In this document: positions 40,314-50,897 of the stretch, one piece after another
How the letters are laid out: the number at the start of each line of letters is the position of its first letter
Position numbering within the stretch: position 1 is the stretch's first letter
From: Candidatus Binatota bacterium
GTDB lineage: Bacteria; Desulfobacterota; Binatia; UBA1149; CAITLU01
Reading direction: 5' to 3'
Length of the DNA: 64,000 nucleotides
Assembly: GCA_024276575.1 (NCBI GenBank)
Contig: JAJRWY010000171.1
Coordinates: 1,580 to 65,579, forward strand
The notes under the pieces: generated by a model
The model's input: only the letters and a program-made list of their open reading frames with translations
Told to the model about the DNA's origin: nothing
Databases searched by the model: none
Made by a program: the position numbers and the translations under genes

Positions 40314-40663
40314 CGCCACGCCAAAGCCCCTTTGCGCCATGCGTAAATGAAACCAATGGCGAGGATCAGGATGAACACCATCATTTCGATAAAGCCGAAG
40401 ACCCCAAGTTCACGAAAGATCACCGCCCAGGGGTACATGAACATCACTTCGACATCGAAAACGATGAAAAGAATCGCCACCAGGTAGAACTTGACCGAGA
40501 AGCGACCCCAGGCCGGTCCACTGGGATCATTGCCGCACTCGAAGGCAAGGCCCTTGATCTCGCTGTGGCGGCGGGGACCGAGCAATCGGTTGAGAGACAC
40601 CATGGCACCGACCACAATCGCGCCGATGGCGAACGTAATGATTACGGGGATATAGTCGGACAT
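40310..40663 (-). CDS. nuoA: NADH-quinone oxidoreductase subunit A (operon 2)
   Basis: 117 aa; ..FECGNDP..; followed directly by nuoC with no nuoB in between. Confidence 0.85.
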   Translation of the reverse strand: MSDYIPVIITFAIGAIVVGAMVSLNRLLGPRRHSEIKGLAFECGNDPSGPAWGRFSVKFYLVAILFIVFDVEVMFMYPWAVIFRELGVFGFIEMMVFILILAIGFIYAWRKGALAWR

Positions 40664-41028
40664 CGGCCGGTCAATCCAAAACTTCCCTAATTAGGTGCTA
40701 ATCCGGCCGCCATCATCAGTGAAAGCTCCGTAGGGGCGGCAATCACCCGCCATCTCGGCCGCTGCCCGCTTTCCGGCCCCGAAGACGCCCGGTACTTCTA
40801 CTACGGGCTTCTCCAGGCCTAAGCGCCGCGCCCAGCACGATCCGGTCAGGCGCTCGCAACTCTCGCGACGAGCTTTCACAAACAACGCCGGCCAGTGAGT
40901 CATTGAACAGTAACGGCGTTTTATGGCCAGACCGACGCGCTAAGTCAAAATGGAGGCCGAAGCGCCCCCATCCAAGCGGCTCCGGGATGGCTCGCTGCAC
41001 GAGACCCAGCCTGAATTAGGACGGCACC

Positions 41029-42201
41029 GTGAACGAACCTATTTGCCGGTCTACCCGCCCCACTGTAAAACTCGCGCCCATGTCCGGCGACCCCGATCAG
41101 CCAACTCCCGCAGAGCAGCGAGCAGTCCGCAAACTCGTAGAAGAACTTCTGTCGCAGCGCTGGCCGCAGGCACGGCTGGTCGCAACGGCCGCCATTCCAG
41201 GCGACGCGTCCACCCGGCGATACCTGCGCTGCCGGCTCGAACGACCCGCGGGCCCGCATGAATGTCCGCACAGCTTGATCGTCATGCTGATGCGCGACGC
41301 CGCGATGGCCCGCTCATCGGAAGAGCTTGGGGTGTTTGGAGAGCAGGGCCCCGAAGAAGTGCCTTTCTTGAATGTCGGACGCTTCCTCGCCGGTATTTGC
41401 GACGCGGTCCCTGAAGTGTTCGCCGTATCGCGAGACCAGACCATCGTGTTACTGGAGGATCTCGGCGATATATCTCTATGGGAGCGCGCCTCGAGCCAAC
41501 GGGCCCAAGCCGAAGCCTTGTTTGAACAGGCTTTGAGTTTGCTGGCCGGCCTGCAGGCCGCCGCCGTCGACGACGGAAGCGGCTGCTACGCCTTTGCGCA
41601 GCACTTTGACGAGCGCTTGTTCAATTGGGAGTTGAAGGAGTTTCTCGACTACGGAGTAGCCGGCGCTTCCTTGGGCGAACTGGACATGGCCGTCGCCGAA
41701 CTCGAAGAAACTGCACGGCAACTAGCCCTACTACCGCGCGTGTTCTGCCATCGCGACTATCACGCTTGGAACATCCACGTACAAAACGGACGCCTACGGG
41801 TTTTCGATTTCCAAGACGCCCTCATGGGTCCGGCGCTCTACGACGTGGCTTCGCTACTCACCGACCGCTGCACCCCGGAGTTGATCACTGAGACGACAGA
41901 ACGAAACTTGGTGTTGAGATTCTACCGTGAACAGGGCCGCGGGGGTCTCGACAGCGAGGAGAACACTTTGGCAGCCTACCGGCTATGCGCCTTGCAGCGA
42001 ACCCTGAAGGTGCTGGGGCGTTTCAATCAACTGGCCGAAGTAAAAGGCAAAACCGGATATTTGCACTTTCTCCCATCGGTGGCCGCCACCGCCCGGCGCT
42101 TGATCGCCCAAATCCCGAACATGGGTGCGGTCGAGAACTTACTGCACAACAAAGTGAAAGTTCCATCCGCCACCGTGGCGAAAGCCCAGCAGAGAAGTTA
42201 G
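41029..42201 (+). CDS. amgK: aminoglycoside-phosphotransferase-fold kinase, AmgK-like (anomeric MurNAc/GlcNAc kinase)
   Basis: APH/choline-kinase family motifs (..HRDYHAWNIHV.., ..FDFQDA..); immediately upstream of a MurU-like nucleotidyltransferase; start may instead be Met at 41080. Confidence 0.65.
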   Translation: MNEPICRSTRPTVKLAPMSGDPDQPTPAEQRAVRKLVEELLSQRWPQARLVATAAIPGDASTRRYLRCRLERPAGPHECPHSLIVMLMRDAAMARSSEELGVFGEQGPEEVPFLNVGRFLAGICDAVPEVFAVSRDQTIVLLEDLGDISLWERASSQRAQAEALFEQALSLLAGLQAAAVDDGSGCYAFAQHFDERLFNWELKEFLDYGVAGASLGELDMAVAELEETARQLALLPRVFCHRDYHAWNIHVQNGRLRVFDFQDALMGPALYDVASLLTDRCTPELITETTERNLVLRFYREQGRGGLDSEENTLAAYRLCALQRTLKVLGRFNQLAEVKGKTGYLHFLPSVAATARRLIAQIPNMGAVENLLHNKVKVPSATVAKAQQRS

Positions 42202-42209
42202 GAGAACCC

Positions 42210-42947
42210 GTGGCCAATGACGACGCTGAAATCCGCGGCATGATCCTCGCTGCGGGACTGGGCACACGCCTGCGGCCGCTGACCGACACCACACCGAAAC
42301 CCCTCGTGGAGGTCGGGGGAAGGCCTTTGATCGAGTACGGCTTGCACTTGTTCGCACGATCAGGAGTCCGCCGCGTGGTCGTCAACCTCCATCACATGAG
42401 TGACAAGATACGCGAGTACCTCGGTAACGGGAGCCGGTTCGGGCTGGCCATCGACTACAGTGTGGAGGAAGTGCTGCAAGACACGGGAGGGGGTATCCGT
42501 GACGCCCGCAAGCTGCTGGGGCAAGGAACGTTCATCACCTTGAATTCGGATACGATTATCGACATCGACATTGCCGAAGTGCTCGCAGAACACCGGCAGA
42601 GACGGGCGAGCGCGACCTTGGTATTGCGTGAAGACAGCAGGAAGGCCGACTTCGGCATCATCGAAACAGCGCATGACGGGCGAGTTTGCACTTTTCTGGG
42701 CCTGCGTGCCCCTGCCGCGGGGCAGGCCACCGAGGCCTTGATGTATACGGGCTTGCAAATACTCGAGCCTCGCGTTTTCGACTTCATGCCGGAACGAGGG
42801 CCTTTTTCCGTGACGCGTTTCACCTATCCACGCATGCTTGAAGCGGGCGAAGCCGTGTACGGCCACAAGTTCACCGGGCAGTGGCTGACGGTGGGAACCC
42901 CCAAAGAACTCGCCGAGGCCGACCGCAAATTGCACGGCAATGGGTAG
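42210..42947 (+). CDS. murU: sugar-1-phosphate nucleotidyltransferase, MurU-like (MurNAc-1-P uridylyltransferase)
   Basis: N-terminal ..ILAAGLGTRLRPLTDTTPKPL.. nucleotidyltransferase motif; GTG start after AGGAGA RBS. Confidence 0.7.
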   Translation: MANDDAEIRGMILAAGLGTRLRPLTDTTPKPLVEVGGRPLIEYGLHLFARSGVRRVVVNLHHMSDKIREYLGNGSRFGLAIDYSVEEVLQDTGGGIRDARKLLGQGTFITLNSDTIIDIDIAEVLAEHRQRRASATLVLREDSRKADFGIIETAHDGRVCTFLGLRAPAAGQATEALMYTGLQILEPRVFDFMPERGPFSVTRFTYPRMLEAGEAVYGHKFTGQWLTVGTPKELAEADRKLHGNG

Positions 42948-42954
42948 CCCCCTG

Positions 42955-43045
42955 CTAGCCGGCATTTCAGGCATTATTCATGAAGCCTCTGCTACGAGAT
43001 TGCGCGCTAGGTAACTGCTACGAGATTGCGCGGTAGGTAACGTGA
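42955..43045. repeat. intergenic repeat family R2 (GCATTATTCATGAAGCCTCTGCTACGAG core), copy 3 with internal 24-bp duplication
   Basis: near-identical to sequence at 1926..2045 (reverse complement) and 4595..4690. Confidence 0.6.
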
Positions 43046-43138
43046 ATCATGACGCGTCTAGACAAACCGACCTCTGCACCTGTAGTCTGTACGAAGACGG
43101 TACGTAGCGTCCCGGGGTAATGCCGGGGTAGTGAAACA

Positions 43139-44488
43139 GTGGGTATAACTTTCATCCAAAAAAGCGACCTCTCGGTCCGTAAAGCGAATCCGAAGATCGC
43201 GCTGGTACTGGCCGGCGGAGCTATCACCGGCGGCGCCTTCAAACTTGGAGGTCTAAAGGCCCTTGACGACTTTCTGATCAACCGCAAAACCACGGACTTC
43301 GACCTTTACGTGGGACTGAGCGCAGGCGCCCTGCTCACGGCACCACTGGCTGCGGGAGTTCCACCTTCGGAGTTACTGCGTGCCCTCGACGGTTCATCGA
43401 CGCAGATTTCTCAATTCAAACCGAGCCACTTCTACAACCCCAACGTAGCCGAGCTACTCGCCAACCCACTGCGCTTCCTTCTCGATTTGATGCAGTTTTT
43501 CCCGCGTACCGTCGCGGACCTGCTCAGTTCCTCGCCCGAGCTATTCGAGGAAGTAAGACCCGCTCTGCGCGTCTTTCGTAAATACCCAAGCCTGAGCGGG
43601 CTCAGTGACGTAGCGGCGCCGATAGCATCGGCCCTGTTGTCCAAGTGGCCGCCGCTGCCACAGGACTACCTGCCCTCGGGACTCTTCGACAACTGCAGTA
43701 TTGAACGCTACCTCCGGAAGAATCTGGAAGAAAAGGGGATCCCCAACGAGTTCGACGGATTCCTCGCCCACACCGGCAAAGAGCTTTATATCGCGGCGAT
43801 GAATCTAGACACTGCCGAGCAGGTGGTGTTCGGGCATGACGAGGACGACTCGGTCACCGTATCGGAGGCCATACAGGCATCGACGGCGCTCCCTGGATTT
43901 TACAAGCCCGCCCACATAAACGGGGTCTATTACGTTGACGGCGGCGTACGCCGCACCGCGAATCTCGATGTGGCGATTGAACACGGTGCGGACTTGATAA
44001 TCTGTTACAACCCCTTCCGTCCCTTCTCCAACCGCATTTCCCGTCACTACGATGGCGACAAAGGCCGCTTCGTAACCGACGGCAGGCCTATCGCCGATGA
44101 CGGTTTGCTCGCGATCTTCAACCAAGTCTTTCGAACCCTGCTGCACACCAGATTACGCTACGGCCTGCGACAATATGAAGCCGATGAGAATTTCCGCGGT
44201 GATATAATCGTTATCGAGCCGGCCGAAGCCGATACCCACATGTTCTCGACCAACCCGCTATCCTTGTGGGATGGGCCCCGCGCGGGCAAATTGGGTTACA
44301 CCTCTGTCACCCATTCGATCGACACTCACTACGACAAGTTCAAACGGGTTTTACGCTCTTATGGAATATTGATGACCCGCAGAGAAGTCCGCGAAGGTTT
44401 AGAGAAAATGAACCGGGGAGCTTTTAGCCGCGGGAGCGCCGAAGTGCTGTTGCGTAACGTACCCCGGCGCGAACTCGACGTGGCCTGA
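43139..44488 (+). CDS. patatin-like phospholipase
   Basis: GGAITGG oxyanion motif, GLSAG nucleophile motif, DGG catalytic Asp motif. Confidence 0.8.
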   Translation: MGITFIQKSDLSVRKANPKIALVLAGGAITGGAFKLGGLKALDDFLINRKTTDFDLYVGLSAGALLTAPLAAGVPPSELLRALDGSSTQISQFKPSHFYNPNVAELLANPLRFLLDLMQFFPRTVADLLSSSPELFEEVRPALRVFRKYPSLSGLSDVAAPIASALLSKWPPLPQDYLPSGLFDNCSIERYLRKNLEEKGIPNEFDGFLAHTGKELYIAAMNLDTAEQVVFGHDEDDSVTVSEAIQASTALPGFYKPAHINGVYYVDGGVRRTANLDVAIEHGADLIICYNPFRPFSNRISRHYDGDKGRFVTDGRPIADDGLLAIFNQVFRTLLHTRLRYGLRQYEADENFRGDIIVIEPAEADTHMFSTNPLSLWDGPRAGKLGYTSVTHSIDTHYDKFKRVLRSYGILMTRREVREGLEKMNRGAFSRGSAEVLLRNVPRRELDVA

Positions 44489-44515
44489 GCACTGGGGGCC
44501 TGAGCACTGGGGGCC
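44486..44515. repeat. perfect 15-bp tandem duplication TGAGCACTGGGGGCC x2 spanning the patatin stop codon
   Basis: seen directly; first unit includes the TGA stop. Confidence 0.8.
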
Positions 44516-44703
44516 TGAACACCCCGGAGAGGCCGGCGACAGAGCAGATCGCCGCGCGTGGGTTCGTGCCGCGAAGAAAATCGCCCCGATCGCGCAGCAG
44601 ATCTCTGCTCTCACCCTGTACTACCGTAATTCATCCGTGGGTAGCCATCGGTCTCACATTGACAGAGATAGAGGCACCGGGCGCAAGAAACCGGACACTA
44701 ACT

Positions 44704-44733
44704 GAAAAGGGGAGCCCTCGAGGGCTCCCCTTT
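44704..44733. terminator. bidirectional intrinsic terminator between convergent patatin and SCP2 genes
   Basis: AAAA-GGGGAGCCC-TCGA-GGGCTCCCC-TTTT perfect hairpin flanked by A- and T-tracts. Confidence 0.6.
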
Positions 44734-44776
44734 TCGCTACAACTTTCGTTGCAGCAGGTCGTTTCCTCTACCGTTT

Positions 44777-45112
44777 TCAGGCAGTGGGGAAAATCTGCTG
44801 CATCTTCAGGGCCAAGCTCATGTCACCCTTGATCTTGAGCTTGCCGCCCATGAAAGCCATCTGCGGGTTGAGCTTGCCGGTGGTCATGTCGAGATAATCC
44901 GAAGCCGCCATGGTGATGGTGATGTTGGCGCTCTCGGCAGGGCCCTCGTTCACAGAGCAGGCACCGTCGGCGATAGCCACATTCCAGGTACCCCCACCGT
45001 CTCCGGTGAGATCAAACTGGTAAGTCGCATTCACGCCGGCAGCCGCCGCCGCGTTAAAACGCTCGGGCATTACTGCAAAAATTTCAGCCACACTGGTCGG
45101 TTGATCAGCCAT
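44777..45112 (-). CDS. SCP-2 sterol-transfer family protein
   Basis: ..AAAAGVNATYQFDLTGDGGGTWNVAI.. typical SCP2 fold; start at MADQ with GGAGGAAGG RBS. Confidence 0.7.
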   Translation of the reverse strand: MADQPTSVAEIFAVMPERFNAAAAAGVNATYQFDLTGDGGGTWNVAIADGACSVNEGPAESANITITMAASDYLDMTTGKLNPQMAFMGGKLKIKGDMSLALKMQQIFPTA

Positions 45113-45410
45113 TTTTCGTTCCTTCCTCCTAAAGTCAGTCAATTCGGGATCTGAATCGCCAGTCGGGTGTAGTACGGGAGCCCCGTGCCTATGTCAACGG
45201 CAAGGGGACGAGTGATCGGTAGCGCAGGCACCACGCCGGAGACCACCCGCTGGAACCCTCCGGCTGCAGGCCGGGCAGCTGCTTCGGCTTGCCCCTACGC
45301 ATCAACACCATAGGCACTGCGGGGGTTGGAAGACGGGGGTTGAAGACACAGAGCCGCCACCCACCCCAGCATGGCGGTGTTTTTGAGACACTAGCGCCGG
45401 AGGATAGTGC

Positions 45411-45444
45411 AAAAAAGCCCCCCGGAAAACCGGGAGGCTTTTTC
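45411..45444 (-). terminator. putative intrinsic terminator downstream of the histone-like gene
   Basis: A6-GCCCCCCGG-AAAA-CCGGGAGGC-T5 on the plus strand; reads as hairpin plus U-tract on the minus strand. Confidence 0.45.
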
Positions 45445-45549
45445 GGACCACGAGATCCTGCTTAACCGAGAGGGTGGCGGGCCGGACGGCAACAGCGCCG
45501 CCCGGCCCGGGTGCGTCAACCGGGAAAGTATTCAACCCCTAGGGACCGC

Positions 45550-45873
45550 CTACTTTCTGCCGGCTTTCTTCTTGGCCTTCTTCTTGGCCGCTTTCTTCTT
45601 GGTAGCTTTCTTCTTCGCTACCTTCTTCTTGCCGGCTTTCTTCTTGGCCTTCTTCTTGGCCGCTTTCTTCTTGGTAGCTTTCTTCTTCGCTACCTTCTTC
45701 TTGCCGGCTTTCTTCTTCGCCTTCTTCTTCGCGGCTTTCTTCTTCGTAGCTTTCTTCTTCGCTACTTTCTTCTTCGCCGCTTTCTTCTTGGTGACTTTCT
45801 TCTTGCTCACCTTTTTCTTGGCGGCCTTTTTCTTGGTCGCGCGTTTCTTAGTCGCTTTCTTTTTCGTTGCCAT
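45550..45873 (-). CDS. lysine/alanine-rich histone H1-like nucleoid protein (KKKA-repeat, AlgP/Hc1-like)
   Basis: 107 aa composed almost entirely of (A/V/T)KKKA repeats; perfect GGAGG-N6-ATG start; the underlying DNA is a ~24-bp tandem repeat. Confidence 0.7.
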   Translation of the reverse strand: MATKKKATKKRATKKKAAKKKVSKKKVTKKKAAKKKVAKKKATKKKAAKKKAKKKAGKKKVAKKKATKKKAAKKKAKKKAGKKKVAKKKATKKKAAKKKAKKKAGRK

Positions 45874-45947
45874 TAATTGCCTCCTTCAGCTTCCTTCACC
45901 GACACCCTCTCAGGTTCAGAAGGAAGTCGAACACACAAAAGTGTCCA

Positions 45948-45977
45948 ACGATAGAATTATAGAGAGGCTTGACAAAG
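45948..45977 (-). promoter_or_regulatory. near-consensus sigma70 promoter for the histone-like gene
   Basis: minus strand reads TTGACT-N18-TATAAT about 70 nt upstream of the start codon. Confidence 0.45.
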
Positions 45978-46115
45978 GTAGTCAACAAAAACGCGAAAGC
46001 GATTCGCAACTCGTCACAGTCACTGTTCGCGCTTACGAGCATCCGAGACGATGTGAATAACGCGTTCGAACCGTCGCGGAGACGAGCATTGGTTCCTGCG
46101 AACGCTTCGAGAGTT

Positions 46116-47875
<1,760 letters not shown>

Positions 47876-47882
47876 CGCCACC

Positions 47883-50800
47883 TCAAGAACAGCCGCTGGT
47901 CGCTCCGCAGTTGTTACACTTGTAGCAGGCCCCGTTGCGGATCATGATCGCACCACAATCAGCACAAGAAGGCGCATCCTCCTGCGGAAGAATGAACTCG
48001 GTAGCGGCCGTTTCCGAAGCCCCGCCGCCGACGACGGTCAGGGTGGGACGCCCGTCGGCGGGCACCGCAGTCGCGAGGGCGGTAGCGGCCCCGGCAGTTG
48101 CCGCAACGCCGGCGGCAGCGTTGCGCACCGGATCGACACTCGCGCCGGCTGTAGCCTGAGCCGCAAGCGTAGCCGCAGCAGCATCCCCTTGGGCATGGCG
48201 TTGCCCACCAAAACGCAGATCAAGGAAGCGGAAGATATAGTCCGTCAGCGACTTGGCGAAACGAATGTCCGGGTTCTTGGTCATACCCGAAGGTTCGAAG
48301 CGAACGTGCGCAAACTTCTTGGTAAGCGCATCGAGCGGCACACCGTACTGCAGTGACAACGAAGTCAAGGTCGCAATGGTATCCATCAGACCCGAAATGG
48401 TGCTCCCCTCCTTGGCCATCTTGATAAAAATCTCGCCCGGAGAACCATCGTCATAGAAACCGACATGGATATAACCTTCGTGCCCCGCAACTTCGAACTT
48501 GTGCCGCATAGAGCCGCAATCCACCGGCAAGCGCCGGCGATGCGGCTTCGGCTCCACGACTTGATCGACCGCATCCGGGGCCGCACCCGGCTGTTTCACA
48601 CTCGATTCCTTACCGGTATTCAATGGCTGGCTACGCTTGCAGCCGTCTCTGTAGATGGCCACCGCCTTCAGACCCAACAGCCACGCTTCGATGTAAAGCT
48701 TCTCTACTTCCTCCACCGAAGCGGAGTTAGAGAGGTTTACGGTCTTCGAAATTGCGCCGGAGAGAAAAGGTTGCACCGCACCCATCATGCGGACATGGCC
48801 CAGGGGTTCAATACTGCGAACACCGTTTCGGGGCTTGAAGGCACAGTCGAAAACCTTCAGATGCTCATCCTTGAGCCCCGGCGCGCCCTCGATCGTCTCC
48901 TGCTCATCGATGTACTCGAGTATCTCTTGCACGCAGCGGCTTTCGTAACCAAGCCGGGTGAGCGCACGGGAAACTGTGTTATTCACGACCTTGAGCAAAC
49001 CGCCGCCGACGAGTTTCTTGTACTTGATCAGCGCAATATCCGGCTCCACTCCGGTCGTGTCGCAGTCCATCATGAAGGCAATGGTCCCGGTCGGGGCCAG
49101 CACCGTCACCTGCGAATTGCGCACTCCGAATTCGCGGCCCCGTTCAATGGCCTCGTCCCATACGTCGCGGCTGGCAGAGAGCAGGTCCAAAGGAACATAG
49201 GTGGGATCTACGCGACGGGATTTCTCACGATGCTTCTCGATGACGCGAAGTTGGGCGAGCCGGTTCTTCTCATAGCCGTTGTAGGGGCCCGCAGCTGCAG
49301 CCAACCGTGCCGACTGGTTGTAGGCTTCACCACACATCAGTGAAGTAACCGCCGCCGCGTAGGCGCGCCCGTGATCCGAATCATAAGGCAGGCCCAAAGA
49401 CATCAGCAGGGCACCGAGATTGGCGTAGCCCAACCCGAGTTGGCGAAAGTCGCCCGCCGTGCGTCCGATTTCCTCGGTCGGATAGCTGGAGTTATCCACC
49501 AGTATGTCCTGCGCCGTTATCAGAAGATCAACCGCATGCTTGAAACCTTCCACGTCGAACTTGCCGTCGCCGTCAACGAACTTGAGCAGATTCAAAGATG
49601 CAAGGTTGCAGGCCGAATCATCCAGGTGCATGTACTCGCTACATGGATTCGAAGCGTTGATACGGCCGCTTTCCGGGCAGGTATGCCAATCGTTGATGGT
49701 AGTATCGAACTGCAGCCCGGGGTCGCCGCAAAAATGCGCGGCCTCCGCCATCTTACGCATCAGGTCGCGGGCGCGGAAGGTTTGGTAGATCTCACCGCCA
49801 AGGACCGAACGCGTGTGCCATTCGCCGTTCTCCACCACAGCCTTCATGAACTCGTCACTGACACGAACAGAGTTATTGGCGTTCTGGAAGAAAATCGACG
49901 AGTAGGCGGAACCGTCGATCGAAGGATCGTAACCGGCATCGATTAGAGTCCAGGCTTTCTTTTCCTCTTCCGACTTGCAGCTTATGAAATCCTCGATGTC
50001 GGGATGATCGACGTTGAGAACCACCATCTTGGCCGCGCGCCGGGTCTTGCCACCGGACTTGATGACTCCGGCCGAAGCATCGGCCGCTTTCATAAAGGAA
50101 ACCGGCCCCGAGGCCGTGCCACCGCCGGCCAACGGCTCTTTGGCTGAGCGTATTCTCGACAAGTTGACGCCGGAGCCGGAACCGCCTTTGAAGATGACTC
50201 CTTCCTTGCGATACCAATCAAGGATTGAATCCATGCTGTCGGACACGGATAGAATGAAACAGGCCGAACACTGCGGCTTCTCTTCCACCCCCACGTTGAA
50301 CCAAACCGGAGAGTTGAAACAGCCCTGCTGCTGCAGGAGCAAGTGGGTCAGTTCGTCCGAGAATACCTGTTGATCCTCTTCGCTGGCGAAATAACCTTGG
50401 GCCGCGCCCCAAGAGACGATGGTCGAGACCACCCGGCCGATAAGTTGCCGTACACTCGACTCACGCTGCTCGCTGCCGAGTTGGCCGCGAAAATACTTGG
50501 AAGCCACCACGTTGGCCGCCAATTGGGACCACGACGCGGGAAACTCCACATTCTTCTGCTCGAAAACTACATTGCCGCCTTCACCCTGTATCACGGCGTC
50601 GCGCAGCCCCCACTCCACCGTGGAGTAAGGATCGACGCCGGCCGTCGAGAGCCTCCTGTGAAACCGAAGCCCGCCGCCGCTCTCAACCTGCCTGCTTTGT
50701 TGCTCTCCTCCCGCTTCTCCAGCTACTCGTCCCGACCCTAATTCCTCTTGCGCCCCAAGGCTTTCCACCCGCCCACTACTCTCTTCCACCGTGTCTCCTC

Positions 50801-50897
50801 TCCTTACCGTTACCGTTCTTCCTCGTTTCTCAATCTCAACCACGTCTTGACCGCACGCTCGCCCGGCACTTGCCCCGGCCACCGCTGCCCGCCGCAA
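47883..50897 (-). CDS. nrdJ: adenosylcobalamin-dependent ribonucleoside-diphosphate reductase (class II, NrdJ) with C-terminal Zn-ribbon
   Basis: ~1000 aa; class II RNR core (..NPCSEYMHLDDSACNLASLNL..), C-terminal CxxC...CxxC; N-terminal ~80 aa are G/R/E-rich and the ORF opens with TTG, so the true start is uncertain. Confidence 0.85.
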   Translation of the reverse strand: MRRAAVAGASAGRACGQDVVEIEKRGRTVTVRRGDTVEESSGRVESLGAQEELGSGRVAGEAGGEQQSRQVESGGGLRFHRRLSTAGVDPYSTVEWGLRDAVIQGEGGNVVFEQKNVEFPASWSQLAANVVASKYFRGQLGSEQRESSVRQLIGRVVSTIVSWGAAQGYFASEEDQQVFSDELTHLLLQQQGCFNSPVWFNVGVEEKPQCSACFILSVSDSMDSILDWYRKEGVIFKGGSGSGVNLSRIRSAKEPLAGGGTASGPVSFMKAADASAGVIKSGGKTRRAAKMVVLNVDHPDIEDFISCKSEEEKKAWTLIDAGYDPSIDGSAYSSIFFQNANNSVRVSDEFMKAVVENGEWHTRSVLGGEIYQTFRARDLMRKMAEAAHFCGDPGLQFDTTINDWHTCPESGRINASNPCSEYMHLDDSACNLASLNLLKFVDGDGKFDVEGFKHAVDLLITAQDILVDNSSYPTEEIGRTAGDFRQLGLGYANLGALLMSLGLPYDSDHGRAYAAAVTSLMCGEAYNQSARLAAAAGPYNGYEKNRLAQLRVIEKHREKSRRVDPTYVPLDLLSASRDVWDEAIERGREFGVRNSQVTVLAPTGTIAFMMDCDTTGVEPDIALIKYKKLVGGGLLKVVNNTVSRALTRLGYESRCVQEILEYIDEQETIEGAPGLKDEHLKVFDCAFKPRNGVRSIEPLGHVRMMGAVQPFLSGAISKTVNLSNSASVEEVEKLYIEAWLLGLKAVAIYRDGCKRSQPLNTGKESSVKQPGAAPDAVDQVVEPKPHRRRLPVDCGSMRHKFEVAGHEGYIHVGFYDDGSPGEIFIKMAKEGSTISGLMDTIATLTSLSLQYGVPLDALTKKFAHVRFEPSGMTKNPDIRFAKSLTDYIFRFLDLRFGGQRHAQGDAAAATLAAQATAGASVDPVRNAAAGVAATAGAATALATAVPADGRPTLTVVGGGASETAATEFILPQEDAPSCADCGAIMIRNGACYKCNNCGATSGCS

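Noticed and set aside
16801-40663. Numerous Arg/Pro/Gly-rich ORFs in alternate frames of nuo genes (e.g. 20671..21837, 32773..33630, 34157..35329, 36796..37443)
   Set aside because: High-GC frame artefacts overlapping strongly conserved nuo reading frames.
45550-45873. CRISPR-like regular repeats
   Set aside because: The periodicity is a coding lysine-rich tandem repeat without unique spacers.
45407-46060. 217-aa plus-strand ORF with FFLAAFF repeats
   Set aside because: Mirror image of the KKKA-repeat gene on the minus strand, which has a perfect RBS, promoter and terminator. The plus-strand frame is a repeat artefact.
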